Assembly (NCBI GenBank): GCA_963730185.1
Contig: CAVSQW010000017.1
Coordinates: 1-64,000 of the forward strand
Direction of reading: 5' to 3'
Source: an uncultured Gemmatimonadales bacterium
Lineage (GTDB): Bacteria; Gemmatimonadota; Gemmatimonadetes; Gemmatimonadales; GWC2-71-9
DNA length: 64,000 nt
The notes beneath the pieces are model-generated. The model did not search any database, was not told where the DNA came from, and saw nothing but the letters and a program-made list of their open reading frames with translations. Each line of letters begins with the position of its first letter. Position 1 is the stretch's first letter. Of this stretch, positions 20,663-30,499 are shown piece by piece. Position numbers and translations under genes: made by a program.

Positions 20663-22156
20663 ATGACGGCAGCCAATTCGGAATCCCGCCCGCGTCAGGT
20701 CGCTCGGCTCGAGCCGGGTGACCGGGTGTTGGTGCTGGGCGCTGGACCGGCCGGCCTCACGGCCGCCTACCAGCTCTCGAAGGAGGGCGTCTCGGTCACC
20801 GTGCTCGAGGCCGACGACGTGGTGGGCGGGATCTCGCGGACCGCCGAGTATCAGGGGTATCGCTTCGATATCGGCGGGCATCGCTTCTTCACCAAGATCA
20901 AGCCGGTCGAAGATCTCTGGTACGAGATCCTGGGCGACGAGTTCATCTCGGTTCCTCGGATGAGCCGGATCCATTACAACGGCAAGTACTTCGACTATCC
21001 CCTCAAGGCCATGAACGCGCTGAGCGGGCTGGGCTTGATCGAGGCCTGCCGGATCATGCTCAGCTATTTCCGGTGGCACTGGCGTCCGTATCCGGTCGAG
21101 GAGAACTTCGAGCAGTGGGTCACCAACCGGTTCGGCCGGCGTCTCTACGAGATCTTCTTCAAGACCTACACCGAGAAGGTCTGGGGGATGCCCTGCACCG
21201 AGCTCCGAGCCGAATGGGCGGCGCAGCGGATTCAGGGGTTGTCGCTGGCCAAGGCGATCCTGTCGGCGACCGCCCTGACCCGACGGTCCACGGACATCAA
21301 GACCCTGATTCACGAGTTCCAGTACCCCCGGCTCGGTCCCGGCCAGATGTGGGAGGCCTGTCGCGATCGCGTCGTCGAGATGGGCAACAGCGTGTTGATG
21401 CGACATCGGGTCACCGCGCTCGAGGTCGAGCAGGGCTCGGTCCGGGCCGTCCGGGCCGTGACCCCCGACGGCGAGCGGCGCTTCGAGGCCGACCACGTGA
21501 TCTCGTCGCTGCCGCTCCGGAACCTGGTGGACGCGTTCGACCCGGCCCCGCCGGCTCCGGTCCTGGAGGCCGCCCGGGGGCTCGGCTACCGCGATTTTCT
21601 CGTCGTGGCCCTGATGATCGAGCGCGAGGACCTCTTCCCGGACAACTGGATCTACATCCACACTCCCGGCGTCCAGGTGGGACGGATCCAGAACTTCAAC
21701 AACTGGAGCCGGGCCATGGTCCCGGTCCCCGGCATGACCTGCCTCGGGCTCGAATACTTCTGCTTCGAAGGCGATGGCCTGTGGTCCCGGCCGGACCCCG
21801 ACCTGATCGCCCAGGCGGCGACCGAGCTCGAAGCCCTCGGCTTGGCCCGGGCCACCGAGGTGCGGGACGGCGCGGTGATCCGGATGCCGAAGGCGTACCC
21901 GGTGTACGACTCCGCCTACCGGCGGCATCTCGACACCATCCGAGACGCCATCGATCCCATCTCGAACCTGCACACCGTCGGCCGGAACGGGATGCACAAG
22001 TACAACAACCAGGATCACTCGATGCTCACCGCCATGATGGCCGTCTGGAACATGCTCGGGGCGAGCCACGACATCTGGCAGGTGAATACCGACTTCGAGT
22101 ATCACGAGGAGCAGCGGCTCGAGAAGCCCGGCCCGACCGCCGCGTCGGTGGGGTAG
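20663..22156 (+). CDS. FAD-dependent oxidoreductase (HemY-like/UDP-galactopyranose mutase-like, PRK07208-type)
   Basis: LGAGPAGLTAA, FDIGGHRFF, KAYPVY, GRNGMHKYNNQDHS. Confidence 0.85.
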   Translation: MTAANSESRPRQVARLEPGDRVLVLGAGPAGLTAAYQLSKEGVSVTVLEADDVVGGISRTAEYQGYRFDIGGHRFFTKIKPVEDLWYEILGDEFISVPRMSRIHYNGKYFDYPLKAMNALSGLGLIEACRIMLSYFRWHWRPYPVEENFEQWVTNRFGRRLYEIFFKTYTEKVWGMPCTELRAEWAAQRIQGLSLAKAILSATALTRRSTDIKTLIHEFQYPRLGPGQMWEACRDRVVEMGNSVLMRHRVTALEVEQGSVRAVRAVTPDGERRFEADHVISSLPLRNLVDAFDPAPPAPVLEAARGLGYRDFLVVALMIEREDLFPDNWIYIHTPGVQVGRIQNFNNWSRAMVPVPGMTCLGLEYFCFEGDGLWSRPDPDLIAQAATELEALGLARATEVRDGAVIRMPKAYPVYDSAYRRHLDTIRDAIDPISNLHTVGRNGMHKYNNQDHSMLTAMMAVWNMLGASHDIWQVNTDFEYHEEQRLEKPGPTAASVG

Positions 22157-22167
22157 GGGTACCAGGG

Positions 22168-23346
22168 ATGCGGATCGCGGTCGACGCGACCTCCTGGGCC
22201 AACGGGCGGGGCTACGGTCGGTTCACCCGCCAGCTCCTGCCGGCCTTGGTCGCCCAGGCTCCCGACGACGAGTTCGTGTTCGTCCTCGACCCTCGGTCGG
22301 CCGCGCAGTTCGACCTCGAGGCGCCCAACGCCCGCCGGGTTACCGTCGCGCTCGGTCGCTCGGCCACCGAAGCCGCGTCCGCCGACGGCTATCGATCGCC
22401 CGTCGACATGCTCCGCCTCGGCTGGGCCGTGGCTCGGATCCGACCCGACGTCTTCTTCTCGCCGACGGTCTACACCTACTTCCCGCTGCCGCCTGGGATG
22501 CGGGCCTTGATCACCGTCCACGACGCCATCGCCGACCAGTTTCCCGAGCTCACCCTGCCGACCCCCCGAGCCCGCCTCTTCTGGCGGCTCAAGGTCGGCC
22601 TGGCGCTCCGGCAAGCCCGGCTGGTGCTGACCGTGTCCGACTTCGCGGCCGATCACATCACCTCCGTTCTTGGCGTCGCGCCCTCGCGGATCCGGATTGC
22701 CCTCGAAGCGCCCGCCGCCGCCTTCCGGCCCTCGGAGTCGGCGGCGGAGTCCGCCGAGGCCGCCGAGCGGGTCGGGGTGCCACCCGGCGCGCCCTGGTTC
22801 GTGTACGTCGGGGGCTTCAACCCCCACAAGCACCTCCTGGTCGCGGTCGAGGCCCACGCCAGGGTGGTGGCCGCCACCCGGGGGCCGGCGCCCCACCTGC
22901 TCCTGGTCGGAACGACCGGCGGCGACGTCTTTCACAGCGACCAGGCCCGCATTCGGGGTCTGATCACGGCCCAGGGAACCGATTCGTTGGTGCATTGGCC
23001 CGGGTTCGTTCCCGACGACGCCCTCCGGCATCTCTACAGCGGGGCGGTGGCGCTGCTGCTGCCCTCCGCGTGCGAAGGGTTCGGGCTCCCGGCCGTGGAG
23101 GCCGCGGCCTGCGGGGCGGCGGTGATCGCCACCACCGCCAGCCCTCTGCCTCAACTGCTCCAGGGCGGGGGCTGGTTCGTCGAGCCGGGTGACCTCGACG
23201 GCCTGACCCGGGCCATGACCGCGCTGCTGGAGGACGTTCCGGCTCGCGGGGTGATGGCCGCCCGGGCCCGGGTCCAGGCCAGCGCCCTGAGCTGGCCGCG
23301 GGGGGCCCGGATGGCCCTGGACGCGCTCCGGGAGGCCGCGGCGTGA
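22168..23346 (+). CDS. Glycosyltransferase family 4 (MtfB-like)
   Basis: MRIAVDAT..RGYGRF, ITVHD, YVGGFNPHK, EGFGLPAVEAAACG. Confidence 0.9.
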   Translation: MRIAVDATSWANGRGYGRFTRQLLPALVAQAPDDEFVFVLDPRSAAQFDLEAPNARRVTVALGRSATEAASADGYRSPVDMLRLGWAVARIRPDVFFSPTVYTYFPLPPGMRALITVHDAIADQFPELTLPTPRARLFWRLKVGLALRQARLVLTVSDFAADHITSVLGVAPSRIRIALEAPAAAFRPSESAAESAEAAERVGVPPGAPWFVYVGGFNPHKHLLVAVEAHARVVAATRGPAPHLLLVGTTGGDVFHSDQARIRGLITAQGTDSLVHWPGFVPDDALRHLYSGAVALLLPSACEGFGLPAVEAAACGAAVIATTASPLPQLLQGGGWFVEPGDLDGLTRAMTALLEDVPARGVMAARARVQASALSWPRGARMALDALREAAA

Positions 23347-24692
23347 GCGGGCTCCGGTTCGCCTTTCTGACCACCTTCTACCCGCCCCACAACTTCGGGG
23401 GCGACGGGATCGCGGTGGAGCGTCTGGCCCGCGGTCTGGTCCGGGCGGGACACCGGGTTACGGTCATCCACGACGCGGACGCCTATCGCGCCCTCGGCGG
23501 TCCCGAGCCGGCCCCGCGGGCCGCGGCTCCCGGGGTCGAGGTGGTGACCCTCCGGACCCGGTGGCCCCGACTCTCCACCCTGTTGACCCAGCAGCTGGGT
23601 CGCCCGGTGCTCAACCGGGGCCCCCTTCGGCGGTTGCTCGAGGCCGGGGCCTATGACGTCATCAATTTTCACAACGTGTCCCTCCTCGGCGGCCCCGGCC
23701 TCCTGGCCCTCGGCTCGGGCCTCAAGCTCTACCTGGCGCACGAGCACTGGCTGGTCTGTCCGACCCACGTCCTGTGGCGGCACGGGCGGGAAGCCTGTCC
23801 GGGGCGGCAGTGCCTCCGCTGTCAGCTCCGGGCTCGGCGCCCACCCCAGCTCTGGCGTTACACGGGGACCTTGACCCGGGCGCTTCGCCAGGTCGACGCC
23901 TTCATCGCCCTGAGCGAGTTCAGCCGGGCCAAGCACGCCGAGTTCGGCTTTCCGCGCGAGATGGAGGTGCTGCCCGATCTCCTCGAGGACTCGCCGCTGC
24001 CCGATCGACCGCAACCCGCGCCCCATCCCCGCCCGTATGTGCTGTTTGCCGGGCGGCTCGAACGGATCAAGGGTCTGGACGACGTGCTGCCCCTCTTCCG
24101 CGAGGGGCAGGGCCCCGACCTGCTGATTGCCGGCGAGGGATCGCACGGCGGGGCCCTCCGCCGCCAGGCGGCCGGGGCCGAGCGGATTCGGTTCCTCGGG
24201 CCGGTCGAGGCCGACGATCTGGCGCGCCTCTATCGCGGCGCGCTCGCGGTGATCGTGCCGTCGGTGTGCTATGAGACCTTCGGGATGGTCGTGATCGAGG
24301 CCTTCCGGGCCGGCGTGCCGGTGGTGGCCCGGCGGATCGGCCCGCTGCCGGAGCTCCTCGAGAGCGGGGGCGGCGAGCTCTTTTCCACCCCGGCCGAGCT
24401 GGCCGCCGCGCTGAGTCGGCTCACCGGCGATCGCGACTACCGGGCCCGGCTCGGCGCGGCCGGCCGGGCGGCATTCGAGGCCCGCTGGCGCGAGGAGGTG
24501 GTGGTGGCCCGCTACCTCGATCTGGTCCGGGCGGTCGCTCAACGAAAGGGCGCCGATGGGGTCGTGCGCCGGCTCGGGGGCGATCCTGATGGCTCGGTCC
24601 CGCCGTCCCTGGGTCGGCCGGTCGCGCGGGCCGCTCGGCGGTCGGCGGCACCCGGCACCACGGGGATTCCCCTCCTGGTCCGGGGGAGCTAG
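23343..24692 (+). CDS. Glycosyltransferase family 4 with Cys-rich insert
   Basis: FYPPHNFGGDG, HEHWLVCP, FAGRLERIKG, YETFGMVVIEAF. Confidence 0.88.
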   Translation: MSGLRFAFLTTFYPPHNFGGDGIAVERLARGLVRAGHRVTVIHDADAYRALGGPEPAPRAAAPGVEVVTLRTRWPRLSTLLTQQLGRPVLNRGPLRRLLEAGAYDVINFHNVSLLGGPGLLALGSGLKLYLAHEHWLVCPTHVLWRHGREACPGRQCLRCQLRARRPPQLWRYTGTLTRALRQVDAFIALSEFSRAKHAEFGFPREMEVLPDLLEDSPLPDRPQPAPHPRPYVLFAGRLERIKGLDDVLPLFREGQGPDLLIAGEGSHGGALRRQAAGAERIRFLGPVEADDLARLYRGALAVIVPSVCYETFGMVVIEAFRAGVPVVARRIGPLPELLESGGGELFSTPAELAAALSRLTGDRDYRARLGAAGRAAFEARWREEVVVARYLDLVRAVAQRKGADGVVRRLGGDPDGSVPPSLGRPVARAARRSAAPGTTGIPLLVRGS

Positions 24693-24701
24693 CGTCCGCC
24701 C

Positions 24702-25448
24702 ATGCGCGCCATTCTCACCTACCACTCGATCGACGACTCCGGTTCGCCGATCTCGATCGACCGGGCCGGCTTCGAGCGCCACGTGGCGTGGCTGGCCCGG
24801 GGTCAGGTGCGGGTCCTGTCCCTCGACGAGATCGTGGCACCCGGCGAGGACGATGCGGTCGCCCTCACCTTCGACGACGGGTTCGAGAGCTTCGCCACCG
24901 TGGCCGCCCCGGCCCTGCTCGAGCGGGGGTGGCCGGTGACGGTGTTCGTGGTGGCCAAGCACGTGGGCGGAACCAATGCCTGGGGAGATCTGGCCGACCC
25001 CGGGATTCCGGTCGCCCCGCTCCTCGATTGGGCCGCGCTGGGTCGGCTGGCCGAGCAGGGAGTGACGATCGGCTCGCACACCATGACCCATCCGCGCCTG
25101 ACCCGGCTCGATCGAGCCGGCCTCGAGCGCGAGCTCCGGGGCAGCGCGGAACGAATCGAGGCCGAGCTCGGGGTCCGCCCCGCCTGGCTCGCCTATCCCT
25201 ACGGGTCCGTCGACGGGACCGTGGCCGAGGCGGCCGCCCGCGACTACCGAGGGGCGGTGACCACGGAATACCGGCTCTTGGGCTCGGCCGAGGATCTCCG
25301 TCGGCTGCCCCGGCTGGACGCCTTCTATTTTCGGGGGGTGGAGGGCCTCGACGGGTGGGCCCGCTCCGGCTTTCAGGGCGGGGTCTGGCTCCGCCGGCAG
25401 GCCCGCCGGGTCCGGCGGGCGCTGGCCGGGAACGGGGGTGGCGGATGA
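24702..25448 (+). CDS. Polysaccharide deacetylase
   Basis: ILTYHSI, LTFDDGF, GSHTMTHPRL, AYPYG. Confidence 0.9.
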   Translation: MRAILTYHSIDDSGSPISIDRAGFERHVAWLARGQVRVLSLDEIVAPGEDDAVALTFDDGFESFATVAAPALLERGWPVTVFVVAKHVGGTNAWGDLADPGIPVAPLLDWAALGRLAEQGVTIGSHTMTHPRLTRLDRAGLERELRGSAERIEAELGVRPAWLAYPYGSVDGTVAEAAARDYRGAVTTEYRLLGSAEDLRRLPRLDAFYFRGVEGLDGWARSGFQGGVWLRRQARRVRRALAGNGGGG

Positions 25449-26599
25449 CCTTCGACCGCCCCATGCTCTCGGTCATCGTCCCGGTGTTCAACGGGGCCAA
25501 GGTCCTGCCTCGGAGCCTGGCGGCCCTGGCCGCCAGCGATCTGCCCCGGGCCTTCTGGGAGCTGATCGTCGTCGACGACGCCAGCACCGACGATACGGTC
25601 GCGATCGCCGCCGAGGTCGCGGACACGGTCGTCCGCCTGTCCCTGAGGCCTCAAGGACCGTCGTACGCCCGCAATCGCGGCGTGGAAGAGGCCCGCGGCG
25701 ACATCGTGGTGTTCGTCGATGCCGACGTCTGCGTCCATCCCGACACCCTACGCCAGTTTGCCTGGGCCTTCGCGGACCGGCCCGACGTGGACGCCATCTT
25801 CGGCGCGTACGACGACGCCCCCGAAGCCCCCGGCATCGTGTCCCAGTATCGGAACCTGCTGCACCACTACGTGCATCGGCGAAATCGGGGCGAGGCCGAG
25901 ACCTTCTGGGCCGGCTGTGGCGCGATTCGTCGCGAGGCCTTTCTGGAGGTCGGGAAGTACAACGAATGGCACTTCTCTCGTCCCCAGATCGAGGACATCG
26001 AGCTGGGCCATCGGCTCCGGGATCACGGCCATCGGATCCTCCTCTTGCCCGAGATCCAGGGCAAACATCTCAAACGCTGGACCCTGTTCGGGATGCTCGT
26101 TACCGACCTCAAGGACCGCGGGGTGCCCTGGACCCGGTTGCTGATCCAGCGGGGGGAGACCGCGGACTCGCAGTCGCTGAACCTCCGGATGGCGGAGCGG
26201 GTCTGTACCGTGCTGGTCGGGCTCGCGCTGCTTGGGGTCGTTGCCGCGGCGGCCGCCCGCGACCACCGCTGGCTCGCGGTACCGGCCATCCTGGTGCTGG
26301 CGGTCGTAATCATCAATTTTCCCCTGTACGATTTCTTTCGCCGCCGGCGCAGCGCCTTCTTTGCCTTGGCGGTCATGCCGTTCCACATGCTCTACTACCT
26401 CGTCAACGGGGTCTCGGTGATGGTGGCATTCATCATTCATCACATGATCGGTGATCCCAAGCCGTCGGCCATGGTGCAGGCCTTTGCGGAGCGTGGGGTC
26501 GTCAAGTGGCCGCCGGTGCCGCAGCCCAGCAACCGCCCGGTGCCGCCCGCCCCCGCAGGGCGCTCGTCCCGCGGTCACTCGCCGCGGGGGACCCCATGA
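25445..26599 (+). CDS. Glycosyltransferase family 2
   Basis: SVIVPVFN, VDDASTD, ARNRG, FVDADV, IEDIELG; C-terminal TMs. Confidence 0.9.
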   Translation: MTFDRPMLSVIVPVFNGAKVLPRSLAALAASDLPRAFWELIVVDDASTDDTVAIAAEVADTVVRLSLRPQGPSYARNRGVEEARGDIVVFVDADVCVHPDTLRQFAWAFADRPDVDAIFGAYDDAPEAPGIVSQYRNLLHHYVHRRNRGEAETFWAGCGAIRREAFLEVGKYNEWHFSRPQIEDIELGHRLRDHGHRILLLPEIQGKHLKRWTLFGMLVTDLKDRGVPWTRLLIQRGETADSQSLNLRMAERVCTVLVGLALLGVVAAAAARDHRWLAVPAILVLAVVIINFPLYDFFRRRRSAFFALAVMPFHMLYYLVNGVSVMVAFIIHHMIGDPKPSAMVQAFAERGVVKWPPVPQPSNRPVPPAPAGRSSRGHSPRGTP

Positions 26600-26979
26600 C
26601 GGCACCTGATCCCCGGAGCCCCCCCCCGCCGGACCGGCCCATCGCCGGACCGTCGGCCCTCGCCTTCGCCCCGCTGGACAAGCGGGCGTTCGGCGTCGCG
26701 ATTGGCCTGGCGGCGGGCCTGTGCGTGGCGGCGGCGACGGTCGTCGTGCTGTTCCGCGGCGAGAATGGCTTCAACCTGGCGCTGCTGCGGGCCTACTTCT
26801 TCGGCTATGCCGTCAGCTGGCCGGGCGTGTCCGTGGGTTTCCTCTGGGCGTTCATCGCTGGGTTCACGGCGGGGTGGTTCGTCGCCTTCGTTCGGAACTT
26901 CGCCATGGCGGTGTCGCTCTTCCTGGTGCGGACCCGGGCCGAGCTGAACGAAACCAGCGATTTCCTGGACCATATCTGA
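26596..26979 (+). CDS. Small membrane protein (holin-like family), paralog 1
   Basis: LDKRAFGVAIG..YFFGYAVSWPG..GFLWAF..GWFVAFVRN; coupled to upstream stop. Confidence 0.7.
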   Translation: MTAPDPRSPPPPDRPIAGPSALAFAPLDKRAFGVAIGLAAGLCVAAATVVVLFRGENGFNLALLRAYFFGYAVSWPGVSVGFLWAFIAGFTAGWFVAFVRNFAMAVSLFLVRTRAELNETSDFLDHI

Positions 26980-26992
26980 ATCCGATCGAGGG

Positions 26993-27307
26993 ATGAGAGC
27001 GACGATGACCACGGGATCCCGGCAGGATCGAGAGATCGAGCGAACCCTGATGCGGCTCAATGCCCGCGCCTGGGGCATCGCGATGGGGCTGCTGCTCGGC
27101 ATCGCCCTCTTCGTCGCGACCAACTGGCTGGTCCTGGAGGGAGGGGACAACGCGGGGCAGCACTTGCGACTGCTGCGAGTCTTCTTCCCCGGCTACACGG
27201 TGTCGTTCGTCGGCAGCCTGATTGGATTCACCTACGCCTTCGTGCTGGGGTACGGGCTCGGTCGGCTGATCGGCATGACCTACAACTGGCTGGTCGAGAG
27301 GCGCTGA
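26993..27307 (+). CDS. Small membrane protein (holin-like family), paralog 2
   Basis: LNARAWGIAMG..FFPGYTVSFVGSLIGFTYAF..GMTYN. Confidence 0.72.
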   Translation: MRATMTTGSRQDREIERTLMRLNARAWGIAMGLLLGIALFVATNWLVLEGGDNAGQHLRLLRVFFPGYTVSFVGSLIGFTYAFVLGYGLGRLIGMTYNWLVERR

Positions 27308-27355
27308 TCGGGTGAGGATTTCAGCTCGTGGGTCGAGAGCCGGTCGGGACCGCTG

Positions 27356-29191
27356 ATGTCGACCGGGACCGCGCCGGGGGGCGAGCCGAGCCGGCGGGAC
27401 GGCGTCGGGACGATCGCGGCCCTCCCGCTGGCCGGCCGGACCCTGTTGGGGGCCGCGACGCTCGTCGTCGTCGGCGGGCTCGTCCTGACGGCGCTCCTGC
27501 TCCGGGTTCGCCAGGCGATGGTCGGCCGGGGCGAGGAGCCGACGGCGCTGGTCGTGGTCATCGTCGCCGCCCTGGTCGGTGTTCTTCCCAGCCTTTGGTA
27601 TGCGGCCCGGACGCGGCGGGACGCCGATCCCGCGGTCACGAGCGAGCTGCTCACGGCCGGGGTGGCGGTCGCGTTGGTCGGCGTCTTCGGCTACGTCGTC
27701 GCCGACGCCGTCCGCTTCCATGCCGACATCCTCCTCTGGTCGGAAAGCGGGTTCCTCGCCGACGTCCTGAAGCTCAGCGTCGGCTACCCTCTGTACAGCA
27801 GTCCCGCGGACCTGACCTCGTCCATCTACACCCCGGGCGCGCCGATGCTGTCCGGGCTGCTGGCTGGACTCCTCGGACGGAGCACCGACGTCCCGACGCT
27901 CCGGATGATCCAGGTCGGCTACGTGGTGGCGGCCGCCGTCGTCGGCGCGTGGACCGCCGGCCGGCTGCTGATGGTCGAGGACCGGCCAGACCGGCGGGTC
28001 TCGCTCCGGGTCGCGGTGCTCTGGGTGGCGGTCCTGGTGCTGGTCGGGGCCAACACCATCACCAATCCCTTCACGTTCCTGCTCCACAACGATGCCCTGA
28101 GTCTGCTGGTCTCGGTCGTGGCCTACGCCTGTCTGGTCGGGTATGCCGGATCGGGGCATCGTCGCTGGCTCGTGGCGATGGCCGTTATTCCCGCCGTCGG
28201 CTTCTGGGTCAAGCAGAGCCTCGGGATCTGGGCGCCGTTCTTCGTGGTCTATCTGCTGGTCTTCGATCGGCGCCTCCGGTGGCCGGCCGTGGCCGCCTTC
28301 ACGCTGGCGGCCTTCGGCGGCATCGGCGCGGCGGTGGGGCTGGGGTGGCTGCTCTGGGGGCCCAACTTCCGCTACTGGGTGGTGACGGTGCTGGGGGGCC
28401 ACCCGTTCTCCGTTCTCCGGAGCATCCTGCACCTGCTCGACGCATGGGTCTATCTGGCGGCGCTGATGGTCGGCGCGGTCGTCCTGGTCCGGTCTCGGTT
28501 GGTGGGCCGGCTGGCCGGCCTGTGGCTGGTGGCGACCGGCCTCTTGCTGGTGGAGGCCTATACCAGTGGGATTGCCTGGATGCGAAACCACATGGGACCG
28601 GGGTCCCTGCTGGCCGCGATCTGGCTTCTCGCCGCCGCGACCCGGCAGCCGGCGCTCCTGGCCGACGGGACGGCCCCCGCGGGGCTCCGATGGATGCGGC
28701 ACGGGGCGGCGGCCGTGCTCGCCCTCCTGGTGCTGAACGGGTTCGGGGCCATCAGGGTGCCGACGTCGGTCGTTCCGGCGGACGTGACCCGGTATGCCGG
28801 CGCCATCGAACACCAGTTCCAGGGCCTGCCCCCGGATCGGGTGCTGCTCGATTTCGGGACCTGGCTCTACGCCCCGGAAGGGATCGTCATGAAAGACCGC
28901 GCCGCCGCCATCGGCGACGCCGGCTATTCCGAGACGGCGGACGTCTCCGGGATCATGGATCGGATCCGCCATCAGTACTACCGCAAGATCCTGGTTCGGG
29001 CCTATCACGGCCGCGAGTTTGCATACGATCAGGGGCTCTGGCGTCACCCCAGCGGAATCCGGGACAGCCTCGGCCGCTATTATCGCGAAGTGGGCGAGAT
29101 CCCCAGGGTGCAGGGCGGCACCCGGCTTCCACCCTGGTTCGACACGATCAGCGTGTTGACGCCCGTGCCGGGCGACTCACTGGCGCGCTGA
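27356..29191 (+). CDS. Large integral membrane protein, probable GT-C fold
   Basis: Many TMs; WSESGFL, IYTPG, HNDAL, WVKQS; soluble C-terminal domain. Confidence 0.6.
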   Translation: MSTGTAPGGEPSRRDGVGTIAALPLAGRTLLGAATLVVVGGLVLTALLLRVRQAMVGRGEEPTALVVVIVAALVGVLPSLWYAARTRRDADPAVTSELLTAGVAVALVGVFGYVVADAVRFHADILLWSESGFLADVLKLSVGYPLYSSPADLTSSIYTPGAPMLSGLLAGLLGRSTDVPTLRMIQVGYVVAAAVVGAWTAGRLLMVEDRPDRRVSLRVAVLWVAVLVLVGANTITNPFTFLLHNDALSLLVSVVAYACLVGYAGSGHRRWLVAMAVIPAVGFWVKQSLGIWAPFFVVYLLVFDRRLRWPAVAAFTLAAFGGIGAAVGLGWLLWGPNFRYWVVTVLGGHPFSVLRSILHLLDAWVYLAALMVGAVVLVRSRLVGRLAGLWLVATGLLLVEAYTSGIAWMRNHMGPGSLLAAIWLLAAATRQPALLADGTAPAGLRWMRHGAAAVLALLVLNGFGAIRVPTSVVPADVTRYAGAIEHQFQGLPPDRVLLDFGTWLYAPEGIVMKDRAAAIGDAGYSETADVSGIMDRIRHQYYRKILVRAYHGREFAYDQGLWRHPSGIRDSLGRYYREVGEIPRVQGGTRLPPWFDTISVLTPVPGDSLAR

Positions 29192-29215
29192 GCCAAGGGC
29201 ATCGGAGAGCACGGT

Positions 29216-30256
29216 ATGGCACGACGCTATCTCATCACGGGCGGAGCCGGGTTCATCGGCATCAACGCCGCGCACCACTACCTCGAACGGGGCGACCAGG
29301 TCACCCTGCTCGACAACTTCCACCGGGCCGGGACCGAGGACAACGTGGCCTGGCTTCGCGAGGAGCACGGCGACGCCTTCGCCGTCGTTCGGGCCGACAT
29401 CCGGCACGACCTGCCCGCGATGGCGGCGGCGGTGCGAGAGGCGGACGTGGTGCTCCACCTGGCGGCGCAGGTCGCCGTCACCACCTCCGTTACCAACCCG
29501 CGGGAGGACTTCGAGATCAATGCCCTCGGCACCTTCAACGTGCTCGAGGCGGTCCGACAGTCGGCCAACCGTCCGATGGTGCTGTACAGCTCGACCAACA
29601 AGGTCTACGGCGGCATGACCGACGTTACCGTCGAGCGCCAGGGCGACCGCTACGCCTACGTCGATCTGCCAACCGGCGTGCCGGAAACCCGGCCGCTCGA
29701 CTTCTATTCGCCGTACGGCTGCTCCAAGGGCACGGGTGATCAGTACGTGCTGGATTACGCCCGAATCTACCGGCTCCGGACCGTCGTGTTCCGACAGTCG
29801 TGCATTTACGGCCCTCACCAGTTCGGGATCGAGGATCAGGGGTGGCTGGCCTGGTTCACCATCCGCGCCCTGCTCGAGCGGCCGGTGACGATCTACGGCG
29901 ACGGGATGCAGGTTCGCGACGTGCTCTACGTGGACGACCTCCACGCCGCCTACGACGCGGCCGTCGAGCGAATCGACACGATCGCGGGCCGGGCCTACAA
30001 CATCGGTGGGGGCCCGACCTCCACCCTGTCGTTGCTCGAGCTCATCGACCTGCTCCACTCCCAGATGGGGCGCCGCCTCGAATACGGCTTCGCGGACTGG
30101 CGGCCCGGTGACCAGCGGGTCTACGTGAGCGACATCACCCGCGCCCGGCGCGACCTCGGGTGGGCACCCAAGGTGGCCACGGCCGACGGCGTGGCTCGGA
30201 TGCGCGACTGGCTGGGCGAGAACCTGGGACTGTTCGAGCGGGTGGTGGGCGGCTGA
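29216..30256 (+). CDS. rfbE: NAD-dependent epimerase, CDP-paratose/tyvelose 2-epimerase-like
   Basis: GGAGFIG, HLAAQVAVTTS, YSSTNKVYG, YSPYGCSKG, FRQSCIYGPHQFGIEDQGW. Confidence 0.8.
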   Translation: MARRYLITGGAGFIGINAAHHYLERGDQVTLLDNFHRAGTEDNVAWLREEHGDAFAVVRADIRHDLPAMAAAVREADVVLHLAAQVAVTTSVTNPREDFEINALGTFNVLEAVRQSANRPMVLYSSTNKVYGGMTDVTVERQGDRYAYVDLPTGVPETRPLDFYSPYGCSKGTGDQYVLDYARIYRLRTVVFRQSCIYGPHQFGIEDQGWLAWFTIRALLERPVTIYGDGMQVRDVLYVDDLHAAYDAAVERIDTIAGRAYNIGGGPTSTLSLLELIDLLHSQMGRRLEYGFADWRPGDQRVYVSDITRARRDLGWAPKVATADGVARMRDWLGENLGLFERVVGG

Positions 30257-30313
30257 GCCGTCAGGCCGCCGAGCTCCGGTCCGCTCACTGTGGCACGGGG
30301 GGCCCAATCAGGC

Positions 30314-30331
30314 TGTTGCGACCCCGCAACA
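30314..30331. promoter_or_regulatory. Palindrome, candidate activator-binding site (or hairpin)
   Basis: TGTTGCG-ACCC-CGCAACA; related copies at 34201 and 52280. Confidence 0.45.
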
Positions 30332-30499
30332 GCGATGGATGGGACCGGCCGGGAAAGGCGCTCAAAGGCCGCTGCTGCCCGACGATCGGGGCCGGCTGGC
30401 CCTGGCTGATTGGCCCGCTTCGTGCTTTGCCTGGGCGAGGCGAACCGCAGGATCTGATTGGGGCTTCCGACGTCCGACCCCGCTCCGAGAGGCAACGAG

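Noticed and set aside
26596..27307. Prophage remnant implied by holin-like genes
   Set aside because: No endolysin, integrase or structural genes; the ORFs are coupled within a glycosyltransferase operon.
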